64,000 nt of DNA from Escherichia coli (GTDB lineage: Bacteria; Pseudomonadota; Gammaproteobacteria; Enterobacterales; Enterobacteriaceae): the NCBI RefSeq assembly GCF_003334405.1, contig NZ_QOWM01000004.1, one strand, 5' to 3'. The position numbers and the translations under genes were made by a program. The notes beneath the pieces are model-generated. The model was not told where the DNA came from. It was given only the letters and a program-made list of their open reading frames with translations, and ran no database searches. The stretch's first letter is position 1. Each line of letters opens with the position of its first letter. Positions 21,767-34,959 of this stretch are shown piece by piece.

Positions 21767-23624
21767 TGAACTTGATGCCGGTAATGTGCTGGCGGTTGAA
21801 AATCTGAATATTGCCTTTATGCAGGACCAGCAGAAAATAGCTGCGGTCCGCAATCTCTCTTTTAGTCTGCAACGCGGTGAGACGCTGGCAATTGTTGGCG
21901 AATCCGGCTCCGGTAAGTCAGTGACTGCGTTGGCATTGATGCGCCTGTTGGAACAGGCGGGCGGTTTAGTACAGTGCGATAAAATGCTGTTGCAGCGGCG
22001 CAGTCGCGAAGTGATTGAACTTAGCGAGCAGAACGCTGCACAAATGCGCCATGTTCGCGGTGCGGATATGGCGATGATATTTCAGGAGCCGATGACATCG
22101 CTGAACCCGGTATTTACTGTGGGTGAACAGATTGCCGAATCAATTCGTCTGCATCAGAACGCCAGTCGTGAAGAAGCGATGGTCGAGGCGAAGCGGATGC
22201 TGGATCAGGTACGCATTCCTGAGGCACAAACCATTCTTTCACGTTATCCGCATCAACTCTCTGGCGGGATGCGCCAGCGAGTGATGATTGCGATGGCGCT
22301 GTCATGCCGCCCGGCGGTGCTGATTGCCGATGAGCCAACCACCGCGCTGGATGTCACTATTCAGGCGCAGATCCTGCAATTAATCAAAGTATTGCAAAAA
22401 GAGATGTCGATGGGCGTTATCTTTATCACTCACGATATGGGCGTGGTGGCAGAGATTGCCGATCGGGTACTGGTGATGTATCAGGGCGAGGCGGTGGAAA
22501 CGGGTACCGTCGAACAGATTTTTCATGCACCGCAACATCCTTACACCCGTGCGCTGTTAGCTGCTGTTCCGCAACTTGGTGCGATGAAAGGGTTAGATTA
22601 TCCCCGACGTTTCCCGTTGATATCGCTTGAACATCCAGCGAAACAGGCCCCCCCCATCGAGCAGAAAACGGTGGTGGATGGCGAACCTGTTTTACGAGTG
22701 CGTAATCTTGTCACCCGTTTCCCTTTGCGCAGCGGTTTGTTGAATCGCGTAACGCGGGAAGTGCATGCCGTTGAGAAAGTCAGTTTTGATCTCTGGCCTG
22801 GCGAAACGCTATCGCTGGTGGGCGAGTCTGGCAGCGGTAAATCCACTACCGGGCGGGCGTTGCTGCGCCTGGTCGAATCGCAGGGCGGCGAAATTATCTT
22901 TAACGGTCAGCGAATCGATACCTTGTCACCCGGCAAACTTCAGGCATTACGCCGGGATATTCAGTTTATTTTTCAGGACCCTTACGCTTCGCTGGACCCA
23001 CGTCAGACCATCGGTGATTCGATTATCGAACCGCTGCGTGTACACGGTTTATTGCCAGGTAAAGACGCGGCTGCACGCGTTGCGTGGTTGCTGGAGCGCG
23101 TGGGCCTGTTACCTGAACATGCCTGGCGTTACCCGCATGAGTTTTCCGGCGGTCAGCGCCAGCGCATCTGCATTGCTCGCGCGTTGGCATTGAATCCAAA
23201 AGTGATCATTGCCGACGAAGCCGTTTCGGCGCTGGATGTTTCTATTCGCGGGCAGATTATCAACTTGTTGCTCGATCTCCAGCGTGATTTCGGCATTGCG
23301 TATCTGTTTATCTCCCACGATATGGCGGTGGTAGAGCGGATTAGTCATCGTGTGGCGGTGATGTATCTCGGGCAAATTGTTGAAATTGGTCCACGGCGCG
23401 CGGTCTTCGAAAACCCGCAGCATCCTTATACGCGTAAATTACTGGCGGCAGTTCCGGTCGCTGAACCGTCCCGACAACGACCGCAGCGTGTACTGCTGTC
23501 GGACGATCTTCCCAGCAATATTCATCTGCGTGGCGAAGAGGTGGCAGCCGTCTCGTTGCAATGCGTCGGGCCGGGGCATTACGTCGCACAACCACAATCA
23601 GAATACGCATTCATGCGTAGATAA
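21753..23624 (+). CDS. gsiA: Glutathione ABC importer ATP-binding protein GsiA (two fused ABC domains)
   Basis: Known N-terminus (M)[17 protein letters not shown] read from the in-frame TTG at 21753, inside track ORF 21645..23624; two Walker A motifs; overlaps the iaaA 3' end by 14 nt. Confidence 0.88.
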   Translation: MPHSDELDAGNVLAVENLNIAFMQDQQKIAAVRNLSFSLQRGETLAIVGESGSGKSVTALALMRLLEQAGGLVQCDKMLLQRRSREVIELSEQNAAQMRHVRGADMAMIFQEPMTSLNPVFTVGEQIAESIRLHQNASREEAMVEAKRMLDQVRIPEAQTILSRYPHQLSGGMRQRVMIAMALSCRPAVLIADEPTTALDVTIQAQILQLIKVLQKEMSMGVIFITHDMGVVAEIADRVLVMYQGEAVETGTVEQIFHAPQHPYTRALLAAVPQLGAMKGLDYPRRFPLISLEHPAKQAPPIEQKTVVDGEPVLRVRNLVTRFPLRSGLLNRVTREVHAVEKVSFDLWPGETLSLVGESGSGKSTTGRALLRLVESQGGEIIFNGQRIDTLSPGKLQALRRDIQFIFQDPYASLDPRQTIGDSIIEPLRVHGLLPGKDAAARVAWLLERVGLLPEHAWRYPHEFSGGQRQRICIARALALNPKVIIADEAVSALDVSIRGQIINLLLDLQRDFGIAYLFISHDMAVVERISHRVAVMYLGQIVEIGPRRAVFENPQHPYTRKLLAAVPVAEPSRQRPQRVLLSDDLPSNIHLRGEEVAAVSLQCVGPGHYVAQPQSEYAFMRR

Positions 23625-23643
23625 CATTCAGGCGGAGAATAAA

Positions 23644-25182
23644 ATGGCAAGAGCTGTACACCGTAGTGGGTTAGTGGCGCTGGGCATTGCGACAGCGTTG
23701 ATGGCATCTTGTGCATTCGCTGCCAAAGATGTGGTGGTGGCGGTAGGATCGAATTTCACCACGCTCGATCCGTATGACGCAAATGACACGTTATCTCAGG
23801 CCGTAGCGAAATCGTTTTACCAGGGGCTGTTCGGTCTGGATAAAGAGATGAAACTGAAAAACGTGCTGGCGGAGAGTTATACCGTTTCCGATGACGGCAT
23901 TACTTACACCGTGAAATTGCGGGAAGGCATTAAATTCCAGGATGGCACCGATTTCAACGCCGCGGCGGTGAAAGCGAATCTGGACCGGGCCAGCGATCCG
24001 GCGAATCATCTTAAACGCTATAACCTGTATAAGAATATTGCTAAAACGGAAGCGATCGATCCGACAACGGTAAAGATTACCCTCAAACAGCCGTTCTCAG
24101 CGTTTATTAATATTCTTGCCCATCCGGCGACCGCGATGATTTCACCGGCAGCGCTGGAAAAATATGGCAAGGAGATTGGTTTTTATCCGGTGGGAACCGG
24201 ACCGTATGAACTGGATACCTGGAATCAGACCGATTTTGTGAAGGTGAAAAAATTCGCGGGTTACTGGCAGCCAGGATTGCCCAAACTGGACAGCATAACC
24301 TGGCGTCCGGTGGCGGATAACAACACCCGCGCGGCAATGCTGCAAACCGGTGAAGCGCAGTTTGCTTTCCCCATTCCTTACGAGCAGGCCACACTGCTGG
24401 AGAAAAACAAAAATATCGAGTTGATGGCCAGTCCGTCAATTATGCAGCGTTATATCAGTATGAACGTGACGCAAAAGCCGTTCGATAACCCGAAGGTCCG
24501 TGAGGCGCTGAATTACGCCATTAACCGTCCGGCGCTGGTGAAAGTTGCCTTTGCGGGCTATGCAACGCCAGCTACTGGTGTGGTACCGCCAAGTATCGCC
24601 TACGCGCAAAGTTATAAACCGTGGCCTTACGATCCAGTGAAAGCGCGCGAATTACTGAAAGAGGCGGGATATCCCAACGGTTTCAGTACCACGCTGTGGT
24701 CGTCACATAACCACAGCACCGCGCAGAAAGTGCTGCAATTTACCCAGCAGCAGTTAGCGCAGGTCGGGATTAAAGCCCAGGTGACTGCGATGGATGCCGG
24801 ACAGCGGGCGGCAGAAGTTGAAGGTAAAGGGCAAAAAGAGAGCGGCGTGCGGATGTTCTACACTGGCTGGTCGGCTTCAACCGGCGAAGCGGACTGGGCA
24901 CTATCGCCGCTGTTTGCCTCGCAGAACTGGCCACCGACGCTGTTTAATACCGCGTTTTACAGCAATAAACAGGTGGATGACTTCCTGGCTCAGGCACTGA
25001 AAACTAATGATCCGGCGGAAAAGACCCGCTTATATAAGGCGGCGCAGGATATCATCTGGCAAGAATCGCCGTGGATCCCGCTGGTGGTAGAAAAACTGGT
25101 GTCGGCACACAGTAAAAACCTGACCGGTTTTTGGATCATGCCAGACACCGGCTTCAGCTTTGAAGACGCGGATTTGCAATAA
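23644..25182 (+). CDS. gsiB: Periplasmic glutathione-binding protein GsiB
   Basis: ATG at 23644 gives [26 protein letters not shown] signal peptide, 512 aa; track ORF 23377..25182 is extended upstream. Confidence 0.93.
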
Positions 25183-25199
25183 GCAACGCAGGGAGTGGA

Positions 25200-26120
25200 A
25201 TGCTTAATTACGTTATCAAACGCTTACTGGGGTTGATTCCGACGCTGTTTATCGTCTCGGTGCTGGTGTTTTTATTTGTCCATATGCTGCCCGGCGATCC
25301 GGCGCGATTGATTGCCGGGCCCGAAGCTGATGCGCAGGTTATAGAACTGGTGCGTCAGCAGCTGGGGTTGGATCAGCCGCTGTATCACCAGTTCTGGCAC
25401 TATATCAGCAATGCTGTGCAGGGGGATTTTGGCCTGTCGATGGTGTCGCGTCGTCCGGTTGCCGATGAGATTGCCAGCCGCTTTATGCCAACGCTGTGGC
25501 TGACCATAACCAGTATGGTCTGGGCGGTTATATTTGGTATGGCGGCGGGAATTATCGCCGCCGTCTGGCGTAACCGTTGGCCGGATCGATTGAGTATGAC
25601 CATTGCGGTGTCGGGGATCTCGTTTCCGGCATTTGCTCTGGGGATGCTTTTAATTCAGGTATTCTCCGTTGAACTGGGCTGGCTGCCTACCGTGGGAGCA
25701 GACAGTTGGCAGCACTACATTTTACCCTCCCTGACGCTCGGCGCGGCAGTGGCCGCCGTGATGGCGCGCTTTACCCGCGCGTCGTTTGTCGATGTTTTAA
25801 GCGAAGATTATATGCGTACCGCGAGGGCGAAAGGGGTGAGCGAAACCTGGGTTGTCCTCAAACACGGGCTACGTAACGCGATGATCCCGGTAGTGACCAT
25901 GATGGGCTTACAGTTTGGCTTTTTGCTCGGTGGTTCCATCGTTGTGGAGAAAGTTTTCAACTGGCCGGGACTTGGACGCTTACTCGTTGACTCCGTAGAA
26001 ATGCGTGATTACCCGGTGATTCAGGCGGAAATTCTGCTTTTCTCGCTGGAATTTATTCTTATCAACTTAGTGGTGGATGTGCTTTACGCCGCCATTAACC
26101 CGGCTATCAGGTACAAGTAA
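25200..26120 (+). CDS. gsiC: Glutathione ABC importer permease GsiC
   Basis: ORF track 25200..26120, 306 aa, DppB/OppB-type permease. Confidence 0.93.
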
Positions 26121-26122
26121 GG

Positions 26123-27034
26123 ATGCGACTATTTAACTGGCGACGTCAGGCGGTGTTAAACGCCATGCCACTGGTCAAACCTGACCAGGTACGTACACCG
26201 TGGCATGAATTCTGGCGACGATTTCGCCGTCAGCATATGGCGATGACCGCCGCATTATTCGTTATTTTATTGATTGTGGTGGCCATTTTTGCACGCTGGA
26301 TCGCTCCCTATGACGCCGAAAATTATTTTGATTATGACAATCTGAATAACGGACCTTCTTTGCAGCACTGGTTTGGCGTCGATTCACTGGGGCGTGACAT
26401 TTTCAGCCGTGTCCTGGTTGGTGCGCAAATCTCGCTGGCGGCGGGCGTGTTTGCCGTGTTTATCGGTGCGGCGATCGGGACGTTGCTGGGCTTGCTCGCT
26501 GGATATTATGAAGGCTGGTGGGATCGGCTGATCATGCGCATTTGCGATGTGCTGTTTGCCTTCCCGGGTATTTTACTGGCGATCGCTGTTGTTGCGGTGT
26601 TGGGAAGCGGCATTGCTAACGTGATTATTGCAGTCGCCATTTTTTCCATCCCCGCGTTTGCCCGCCTGGTGCGCGGCAACACGCTGGTGTTGAAACAGCA
26701 AACCTTTATTGAGTCAGCACGCAGTATTGGTGCCAGCGATATGACCGTTTTGTTGCGTCATATCCTGCCTGGGACCGTCTCTTCTATCGTGGTGTTTTTC
26801 ACCATGCGCATTGGTACCTCGATTATCTCTGCCGCCAGCCTCTCATTTCTCGGCCTCGGTGCGCAGCCGCCGACACCAGAGTGGGGAGCAATGCTCAATG
26901 AGGCTCGAGCGGATATGGTTATCGCGCCGCATGTCGCTGTTTTTCCGGCCCTGGCTATTTTTCTGACCGTACTGGCGTTCAATTTGTTGGGCGATGGTTT
27001 ACGCGATGCGCTGGATCCGAAAATTAAAGGATAG
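26123..27034 (+). CDS. gsiD: Glutathione ABC importer permease GsiD
   Basis: ORF track 26123..27034, 303 aa, DppC/OppC-type permease. Confidence 0.93.
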
Positions 27035-27211
27035 TTACGTTTGAATATTGCTTGAAAGGGTAATCACCTCACAGGAAATTATTGCCCTAAGCAAGTGTTG
27101 TAACTTTCTGCTGATTTTGTAGAATCGGGTAATTTGGTTAAAAAGCCGCAGCAAGGGACAATTTTTGCAGCGGCACAGCGTTCAGATAGTTATTTTGTTA
27201 AATGTATTAAC

Positions 27212-29560
27212 ATGCTGAGTTTATACGAAAAGATAAAGATAAGGCTGATAATTTTATTTTTATTGGCAGCACTGTCATTTATTGGTCTTTTTTTCATCAT
27301 TAACTATCAACTGGTATCGGAGCGCGCGGTAAAACGTGCCGATAGCCGCTTTGAACTTATTCAGAAAAACGTTGGCTATTTCTTTAAAGATATTGAACGT
27401 TCGGCCCTGACATTAAAGGACTCACTGTATTTATTAAAAAATACAGAGGAGATTCAACGCGCCGTGATTCTTAAAATGGAAATGATGCCATTTTTAGACT
27501 CGGTGGGACTGGTACTTGATGATAATAAATATTATCTTTTTTCGCGGAGGGCGAATGATAAAATCGTTGTTTATCATCAGGAACAAGTAAATGGACCGCT
27601 TGTCGACGAGTCAGGGCGGGTTATTTTTGCCGATTTTAACCCATCGAAACGACCGTGGTCGGTGGCTTCAGATGACTCTAACAACAGCTGGAATCCGGCA
27701 TACAATTGCTTTGATCGTCCGGGTAAAAAATGTATCTCTTTTACGCTACACATCAACGGCAAAGATCACGATTTGTTAGCGGTGGATAAAATTCATGTCG
27801 ATTTAAACTGGCGATATCTGAACGAGTATCTTGATCAAATCAGCGCTAATGATGAAGTTCTATTTTTGAAACAAGGCCATGAGATCATTGCCAAGAATCA
27901 ACTCGCTCGTGAAAAACTGATTATTTATAATAGCGAAGGTAATTATAATATTATTGATTCTGTCGATACTGAATATATCGAAAAAACATCAGCGGTGCCA
28001 AACAACGCATTATTCGAAATCTATTTTTATTATCCTGGCGGTAATTTATTGAACGCATCAGATAAACTTTTTTATCTGCCGTTTGCGTTCATTATTATCG
28101 TATTGCTGGTGGTTTATTTAATGACCACTCGTGTGTTCCGTCGGCAATTTTCTGAAATGACAGAGCTGGTTAATACGCTGGCGTTTTTGCCTGACTCAAC
28201 GGATCAAATCGAGGCTCTGAAAATTCGTGAAGGCGATGCGAAAGAGATTATCAGCATCAAAAATTCGATCGCGGAAATGAAAGATGCCGAAATTGAACGG
28301 TCAAATAAATTGCTCTCACTGATCTCTTACGATCAGGAAAGTGGTTTTATTAAAAATATGGCGATTATTGAGTCTAACAATAATCAGTATCTGGCTGTGG
28401 GGATCATCAAACTGTGTGGTCTGGAAGCCGTGGAAGCGGTGTTTGGTGTTGATGAGCGCAATAAAATCGTCAGGAAATTGTGTCAGCGAATTGCCGAGAA
28501 ATATGCGCAATGCTGCGATATCGTGACATTCAATGCCGATCTCTATTTACTTCTGTGTCGGGAAAATGTACAGACATTTACCCGTAAAATAGCGATGGTA
28601 AACGATTTTGACAGCAGCTTTGGCTACCGCAATCTGCGCATCCATAAGTCTGCCATTTGTGAACCTTTGCAGGGGGAAAACGCCTGGAGTTACGCAGAAA
28701 AACTGAAACTGGCGATTTCCAGTATCCGTGACCATATGTTCTCAGAGTTTATTTTCTGTGATGACGCGAAACTCAACGAAATAGAAGAGAATATCTGGAT
28801 TGCGCGTAATATTCGCCATGCAATGGAAATTGGCGAACTATTCCTCGTCTATCAACCGATCGTTGATATTAACACCCGCGCCATTCTGGGCGCGGAGGCG
28901 TTGTGCCGTTGGGTGTCTGCGGAGCGGGGGATCATTTCACCGCTGAAGTTCATTACCATTGCTGAAGATATCGGGTTTATCAATGAGCTGGGTTATCAGA
29001 TTATTAAAACGGCAATGGGTGAATTCAGACATTTTAGTCAGCGTGCGTCGCTGAAGGATGATTTCTTACTGCATATTAATGTTTCGCCCTGGCAGTTAAA
29101 CGAACCACACTTTCATGAGCGTTTTACCACCATCATGAAAGAAAATGGCCTGAAGGCGAACAGCCTCTGTGTTGAGATCACTGAAACCGTGATCGAGCGA
29201 ATTAATGAACATTTTTATCTCAATATTGAACAACTGCGTAAACAAGGGGTACGGATATCGATTGATGACTTTGGCACCGGTTTGTCAAACCTGAAACGTT
29301 TTTATGAAATTAATCCAGACAGCATAAAGGTGGACTCGCAATTCACCGGCGATATTTTCGGTACTGCGGGAAAAATTGTGCGCATTATTTTCGACCTGGC
29401 ACGCTATAACCGGATCCCGGTGATTGCGGAAGGCGTAGAGAGCGAAGACGTTGCGCGCGAATTAATCAAATTAGGATGTGTTCAGGCTCAGGGGTATCTG
29501 TACCAGAAACCCATGCCATTCTCCGCCTGGGATAAAAGTGGAAAATTAGTAAAAGAGTAG
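27212..29560 (+). CDS. pdeI: Membrane-anchored c-di-GMP phosphodiesterase PdeI (YliE), EAL domain with N-terminal periplasmic sensor region
   Basis: ATG at 27212 ([21 protein letters not shown]); EAL signature in ...[20 protein letters not shown]...; AT-rich coding sequence; track ORF 27134..29560. Confidence 0.88.
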   Translation: MLSLYEKIKIRLIILFLLAALSFIGLFFIINYQLVSERAVKRADSRFELIQKNVGYFFKDIERSALTLKDSLYLLKNTEEIQRAVILKMEMMPFLDSVGLVLDDNKYYLFSRRANDKIVVYHQEQVNGPLVDESGRVIFADFNPSKRPWSVASDDSNNSWNPAYNCFDRPGKKCISFTLHINGKDHDLLAVDKIHVDLNWRYLNEYLDQISANDEVLFLKQGHEIIAKNQLAREKLIIYNSEGNYNIIDSVDTEYIEKTSAVPNNALFEIYFYYPGGNLLNASDKLFYLPFAFIIIVLLVVYLMTTRVFRRQFSEMTELVNTLAFLPDSTDQIEALKIREGDAKEIISIKNSIAEMKDAEIERSNKLLSLISYDQESGFIKNMAIIESNNNQYLAVGIIKLCGLEAVEAVFGVDERNKIVRKLCQRIAEKYAQCCDIVTFNADLYLLLCRENVQTFTRKIAMVNDFDSSFGYRNLRIHKSAICEPLQGENAWSYAEKLKLAISSIRDHMFSEFIFCDDAKLNEIEENIWIARNIRHAMEIGELFLVYQPIVDINTRAILGAEALCRWVSAERGIISPLKFITIAEDIGFINELGYQIIKTAMGEFRHFSQRASLKDDFLLHINVSPWQLNEPHFHERFTTIMKENGLKANSLCVEITETVIERINEHFYLNIEQLRKQGVRISIDDFGTGLSNLKRFYEINPDSIKVDSQFTGDIFGTAGKIVRIIFDLARYNRIPVIAEGVESEDVARELIKLGCVQAQGYLYQKPMPFSAWDKSGKLVKE

Positions 29561-29567
29561 TTTACGT

Positions 29568-30896
29568 ATGTCCAGAATCAATAAGTTCGTACTTACAGTC
29601 AGTCTGCTGATTTTTATCATGATTTCAGCAGTTGCCTGCGGGATCTACACTCAAATGGTAAAGGAACGGGTGTATAGCCTGAAACAGTCCGTTATTGATA
29701 CTGCTTTTGCGGTGGCAAATATTGCTGAATATCGGCGTAGCGTGGCAATTGATCTTATCAACACGCTAAATCCCACGGAGGAACAGCTGTTGGTTGGTTT
29801 GCGCACAGCTTACGCCGACTCGGTTTCCCCCTCTTATTTGTACGATGTCGGTCCTTATCTGATTTCCAGTGACGAATGTATTCAGGTAAAGGAGTTCGAG
29901 AAAAATTATTGTGCAGATATTATGCAGGTTGTGAAGTATCGACATGTCAAAAATACAGGGTTTATCTCTTTTGACGGTAAAACCTTCGTCTATTACCTCT
30001 ATCCGGTAACTCACAATCGTAGTCTGATATTTTTGCTTGGTCTGGAGCGTTTTTCTTTACTGTCAAAATCGCTGGCGATGGACAGCGAGAACCTGATGTT
30101 CTCTCTATTTAAGAACGGTAAACCGGTGACCGGTGATGAATATAATGCTAAAAACGCCATCTTCACCGTTTCGGAAGCGATGGAGCACTTCGCCTATTTG
30201 CCGACCGGATTGTATGTATTTGCGTATAAAAAAGATGTTTATTTGCGGGTTTGTACATTGATTATTTTCTTTGCCGCATTGGTGGCAGTGATATCGGGTG
30301 CCAGTTGCCTCTATCTGGTACGCAGAGTGATTAATCGTGGTATTGTGGAGAAAGAAGCCATCATTAATAACCATTTTGAACGCGTACTGGATGGCGGGCT
30401 TTTCTTTTCGGCTGCCGATGTCAAAAAACTCTACAGTATGTATAACTCGGCGTTCCTGGACGACCTGACCAAAGCAATGGGCAGAAAATCCTTTGACGAA
30501 GATTTAAAAGCGCTGCCGGAAAAAGGCGGTTATTTGTGCCTGTTTGACGTCGATAAATTCAAAAACATTAACGACACCTTCGGTCATTTGCTGGGCGATG
30601 AAGTGTTGATGAAAGTGGTGAAAATCCTTAAATCACAGATCCCGGTAGATAAAGGTAAAGTCTACCGCTTCGGCGGTGACGAATTTGCGGTGATTTATAC
30701 GGGTGGAACGCTGGAAGAGTTGCTATCGATTCTAAAAGAAATCGTTCATTTCCAGGTGGGAAGCATTAATTTAAGTACCAGTATCGGTGTAGCACATTCA
30801 AATGAATGTCCTACCGTCGAACGCTTGAAAATGCTGGCGGATGAGCGGCTGTATAAGAGTAAGAAAAACGGCAGGGCACAGATTAGCTGGCAGTAA
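29568..30896 (+). CDS. dgcI: Membrane-anchored diguanylate cyclase DgcI (YliF), GGDEF domain
   Basis: ORF track 29568..30896, 442 aa; intact GGDEF motif in ...[15 protein letters not shown]...; 7 nt downstream of pdeI. Confidence 0.9.
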   Translation: MSRINKFVLTVSLLIFIMISAVACGIYTQMVKERVYSLKQSVIDTAFAVANIAEYRRSVAIDLINTLNPTEEQLLVGLRTAYADSVSPSYLYDVGPYLISSDECIQVKEFEKNYCADIMQVVKYRHVKNTGFISFDGKTFVYYLYPVTHNRSLIFLLGLERFSLLSKSLAMDSENLMFSLFKNGKPVTGDEYNAKNAIFTVSEAMEHFAYLPTGLYVFAYKKDVYLRVCTLIIFFAALVAVISGASCLYLVRRVINRGIVEKEAIINNHFERVLDGGLFFSAADVKKLYSMYNSAFLDDLTKAMGRKSFDEDLKALPEKGGYLCLFDVDKFKNINDTFGHLLGDEVLMKVVKILKSQIPVDKGKVYRFGGDEFAVIYTGGTLEELLSILKEIVHFQVGSINLSTSIGVAHSNECPTVERLKMLADERLYKSKKNGRAQISWQ

Positions 30897-30905
30897 TCAT
30901 TATTC

Positions 30906-30937
30906 GCAGGCCGGACAAATGATTTTGCCCGGCCTGA
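30906..30937. terminator. Stem-loop between convergent dgcI and rimO (candidate bidirectional terminator)
   Basis: AGGCCGGACAAATGATTTTGCCCGGCCT inverted repeat between the two stop codons. Confidence 0.5.
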
Positions 30938-30942
30938 ATTAA

Positions 30943-32268
30943 TTAAACCCGGCTACCCCACAAATCGTACTCATCGGCGTGCTCGACTTTCACACGCAGG
31001 ATATCACCCGGCTTAACGTTGGTTTCACCATTGAGATAAACCGCGCCGTCGATTTCCGGTGCATCTGCCATGCTGCGACCAATCGCGCCTTCTTCGTCCA
31101 CTTCGTCGATAATCACCAGAATTTCACGGCCCACTTTCTCTTGCAGGCGCTCGGCGGAAATCTGCTGCTGCAGCTGCATGAAACGGTTCCAGCGTTCTTC
31201 TTTAACTTCTTCCGGAACCTGGTCAGGCAGGGCATTGGCGTCTGCACCTTCAACCGGGCTGTATTTAAAGCAGCCAACGCGATCCAGACGCGCTTCTTTC
31301 AGGAAGTCGAGTAGCATCTGGAAATCTTCTTCTGTCTCGCCAGGGAAGCCGACAATAAAGGTTGAGCGTAGGGTCAGTTCCGGGCAGATTTCGCGCCACT
31401 GTTTGATGCGCGCCAGTTGGCGATCTACAGAACCCGGACGCTTCATCAGTTTGAGAATGCGCGGGCTGGCGTGCTGCAACGGAATGTCCAGATACGGCAG
31501 GATTTTGCCTTCTGCCATCAGTGGGATGACGTCGTCCACATGCGGATAAGGGTAAACGTAGTGCAGACGTGTCCAGATCCCCAGTTTCGATAACTGTTCG
31601 CACAGGCTGACCATGCTGGTTTTTACCGGCTCGCCGTTGTGGAAGCCAGTACGATGTTTAACATCAACGCCATAGGCGGAAGTATCCTGCGAGATCACCA
31701 GAATCTCTTTAACGCCCGCATCTACCAGACGTTTCGCTTCACTTAACACTTCGCCAATCGGACGGCTCACCAGGTCGCCGCGCATAGACGGAATAATGCA
31801 GAAGGTGCAGCGGTGATTACAGCCTTCAGAAATTTTCAGATAGGCATAATGACGCGGCGTCAGTTTCACACCTTGTTCTGGCACCAGGCTCAGGAATGGG
31901 TTGTGTTTCGGTTTTGGCACGTAGTGATGAACGTGCTCCAGAACCTGCTCATAGCTATGAGGCCCGGTGATTTCCAGCACTTTCGGGTGGACTTCGCGGA
32001 TCTGATCTTCTTTTGCCCCCAGACAACCGGTCACAATAACCTTGCCGTTTTCATTCAACGCTTCACCAATGGCTTCCAGTGATTCTTGTACCGCGCTGTC
32101 AATAAAGCCGCAGGTGTTGACGATCACCATGTCCGCATCGTCATAGCTCGGTACCACGTCATAACCTTCAGTGCGGAGTTCGGTGAGAATACGCTCTGAA
32201 TCAACAAGGTTTTTCGGACAGCCAAGGGAAACAAAGCCGATTTTCGGCTGGGGAGTTACTTTGCTCAT
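30943..32268 (-). CDS. rimO: Ribosomal protein S12 methylthiotransferase RimO (radical SAM)
   Basis: ORF track 30943..32268 (-), 441 aa; radical-SAM CxxxCxxC (CNHRCTFC) and C-terminal TRAM-like region. Confidence 0.95.
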
Positions 32269-32480
32269 AGCTTAAAAAATATTCAGTTACAGGAAAGGTC
32301 AGGGCAGGGATTCTACAGAGTTCTGGATAAAATTTGTATCGCAATCTCATTCGCTGGCGGAGGCGAAGGAAATGTAAATTTTGTTAATTCGGCGTGAAGA
32401 ATTGATCCTGGACAGCATTTTGCTCAAAAAATAGCCATACTATTTAATTGCAACAAGGCTGGGAAGAGGAGGATCGAAGT

Positions 32481-32864
32481 ATGTTCGTTGACAGACAGCG
32501 AATCGATCTGCTGAACCGGTTGATCGACGCACGCGTTGACCTCGCCGCATACGTGCAACTGAGGAAGGCAAAAGGATACATGTCCGTCAGCGAAAGCAAT
32601 CATCTACGAGATAACTTTTTTAAACTGAATCGCGAACTGCACGATAAATCGCTGCGGTTGAATCTTCATCTGGATCAGGAAGAGTGGAGTGCTCTTCATC
32701 ATGCTGAAGAAGCATTAGCGACAGCCGCAGTATGTTTGATGAGTGGGCACCATGATTGCCCGACTGTTATTACCGTCAACGCCGATAAGCTTGAAAATTG
32801 TCTGATGAGCTTAACGCTGAGTATCCAGAGCCTGCAGAAGCACGCCATGCTTGAGAAGGCCTGA
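32481..32864 (+). CDS. bssR: Biofilm regulator BssR
   Basis: Known N-terminus MFVDRQRIDLLNRLIDARVDL at the ATG at 32481, 127 aa; track ORF 32448..32864 begins upstream. Confidence 0.88.
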   Translation: MFVDRQRIDLLNRLIDARVDLAAYVQLRKAKGYMSVSESNHLRDNFFKLNRELHDKSLRLNLHLDQEEWSALHHAEEALATAAVCLMSGHHDCPTVITVNADKLENCLMSLTLSIQSLQKHAMLEKA

Positions 32865-32867
32865 AAA

Positions 32868-32910
32868 CTAAGGGGGAGAAAGCGTCTCCCCCTTCATGTT
32901 TAAGTTTTTG
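32868..32910 (+). terminator. Rho-independent terminator after bssR
   Basis: AAGGGGGAGA-AAGCG-TCTCCCCCTT hairpin followed by a T-rich run (CATGTTTAAGTTTTT). Confidence 0.65.
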
Positions 32911-32974
32911 TAAAAATGAATTTGTTATCTCCTCCACTGACTACGCTTTAAGCCAGAGTCAATCCGGAGGCGTT

Positions 32975-34090
32975 ATGCATCGACAATCCTTTTTCCTTGT
33001 GCCCCTTATTTGTCTTTCTTCCGCTCTCTGGGCGGCTCCTGCAACGGTAAATGTCGAAGTACTGCAAGACAAACTCGACCATCCCTGGGCACTGGCCTTT
33101 TTACCCGATAATCACGGTATGTTAATCACTCTGCGCGGCGGCGAGTTGCGTCACTGGCAAGCAGGAAAAGGATTATCTGCGCCGCTTTCCGGAGTTCCGG
33201 ACGTTTGGGCGCACGGGCAGGGCGGCCTGCTGGACGTGGTTTTAGCGCCTGATTTTGCTCAGTCTCGCCGCATCTGGTTAAGTTATTCCGAAGTTGGCGA
33301 TGATGGCAAAGCCGGAACTGCTGTGGGTTATGGCCGCTTAAGTGATGATCTCTCAAAAGTGACCGACTTCCGCACCGTCTTTCGCCAGATGCCAAAACTG
33401 TCTACCGGCAACCATTTTGGCGGGCGGCTGGTATTCGACGGTAAAGGTTATCTTTTTATTGCTCTGGGCGAAAACAATCAGCGCCCGACGGCGCAGGATC
33501 TGGATAAATTACAGGGCAAACTGGTGCGTCTGACCGACCAGGGCGAAATCCCGGATGATAATCCTTTTATAAAGGAATCCGGTGCGCGCGCCGAGATCTG
33601 GTCTTATGGCATTCGTAATCCGCAAGGAATGGCGATGAATCCGTGGAGTAATGCACTGTGGCTGAATGAACATGGCCCGCGCGGTGGTGATGAAATTAAT
33701 ATCCCGCAAAAAGGCAAAAACTACGGCTGGCCGCTGGCAACCTGGGGAATCAACTATTCAGGCTTTAAGATACCGGAAGCGAAAGGGGAGATCGTCGCCG
33801 GGACCGAGCAACCTGTTTTTTACTGGAAAGATTCGCCCGCTGTGAGCGGCATGGCCTTCTATAACAGCGATAAATTCCCCCAGTGGCAGCAAAAATTATT
33901 TATTGGCGCGCTGAAAGATAAAGATGTCATTGTGATGAGCGTCAACGGCGACAAAGTGACAGAAGATGGCCGTATTTTAACGGACAGAGGGCAGCGAATT
34001 CGTGATGTTCGCACTGGACCCGACGGTTATTTATACGTTCTCACCGACGAGTCCAGTGGGGAATTACTTAAAGTTAGCCCACGCAATTAG
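32975..34090 (+). CDS. yliI: Soluble aldose sugar dehydrogenase YliI (PQQ-dependent beta-propeller)
   Basis: ORF track 32975..34090, 371 aa, signal peptide [23 protein letters not shown]. Confidence 0.9.
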
Positions 34091-34713
34091 CTAACGGGAA
34101 TCATCACCACTTTGCGCACTGCGGGGCGTTCAGTGAGTTGCTGATACCAGCGTTGCAGATTTGGACGCGGTGTCCAGGTCAGGCCAACGTTAAACAAATT
34201 GTAGATGAACGGTGCGATAGCGATATCGCCCACACCAAACTCGTCGCCAGAGAACCATTTTACTTTTGCCAGTTCCGCATCGAGCAGGGCAAACAGGGCG
34301 TCGCACTCTTTGCAACTGGCATCAATGGCGGCCTGATCGCGCTCTTCCGGTGGTGTTCTGACTAATCCCATCAGGATCCCGCGATGAGCATTACTGAGCG
34401 TCTGGTTTGCCCAGTCCATCCATTTTTCCGCTTCCGCACGACGTGCCGGTGAGTCGATCCACAGGCGTTTTTGCCCGTACTGTGCCGCCAGATAGCGGAC
34501 AATGGCGTTTGATTCCCAAAGAATGAGATCACTTTCGTCGTCACGCAACAACGGCACCAGCCCGTTAGGGTTCATCGCCAGAAAATCAGCATCGTGATTT
34601 ATCCCAAACTCACGGCCCGCGAGAATTTGCTCATAAGGTAGTTCCAGTTCTTCGAGCGTCAGCAATACTTTTTTTACGTTAGTTGAATTATTCCGACCCC
34701 ACAGCGTAATCAT
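34087..34713 (-). CDS. gstB: Glutathione S-transferase GstB (YliJ)
   Basis: Known N-terminus [12 protein letters not shown] at the ATG at 34711-34713, 208 aa; track ORF 34087..34719; stop overlaps the yliI stop on the opposite strand. Confidence 0.9.
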
Positions 34714-34959
34714 ACTCACCCCTTTTCCGACAGGCAGCCACAGGCTGAACAGGACTCCGATGGTGAAGTAAAGTTAACTTTTAAGCAACAGCTGGCAAAA
34801 AAATGACACCAGAAGCAGCGAAGCGGCAGGATATTGCATAAACTTTAAAAACTTTACCAACTTACGGTTTCTTTAAGTTTGTGTGTGCGTTATTAATCAC
34901 CAAACTTATCATACGGCGATATAACGTATTTTTTTTGAATGGATACTCGGGTGGCATTT

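Noticed and set aside
23377-23643. Upstream extension of the gsiB ORF (601-aa reading)
   Set aside because: The extension overlaps the end of gsiA and precedes the signal peptide; the ATG at 23644 gives the expected N-terminus.
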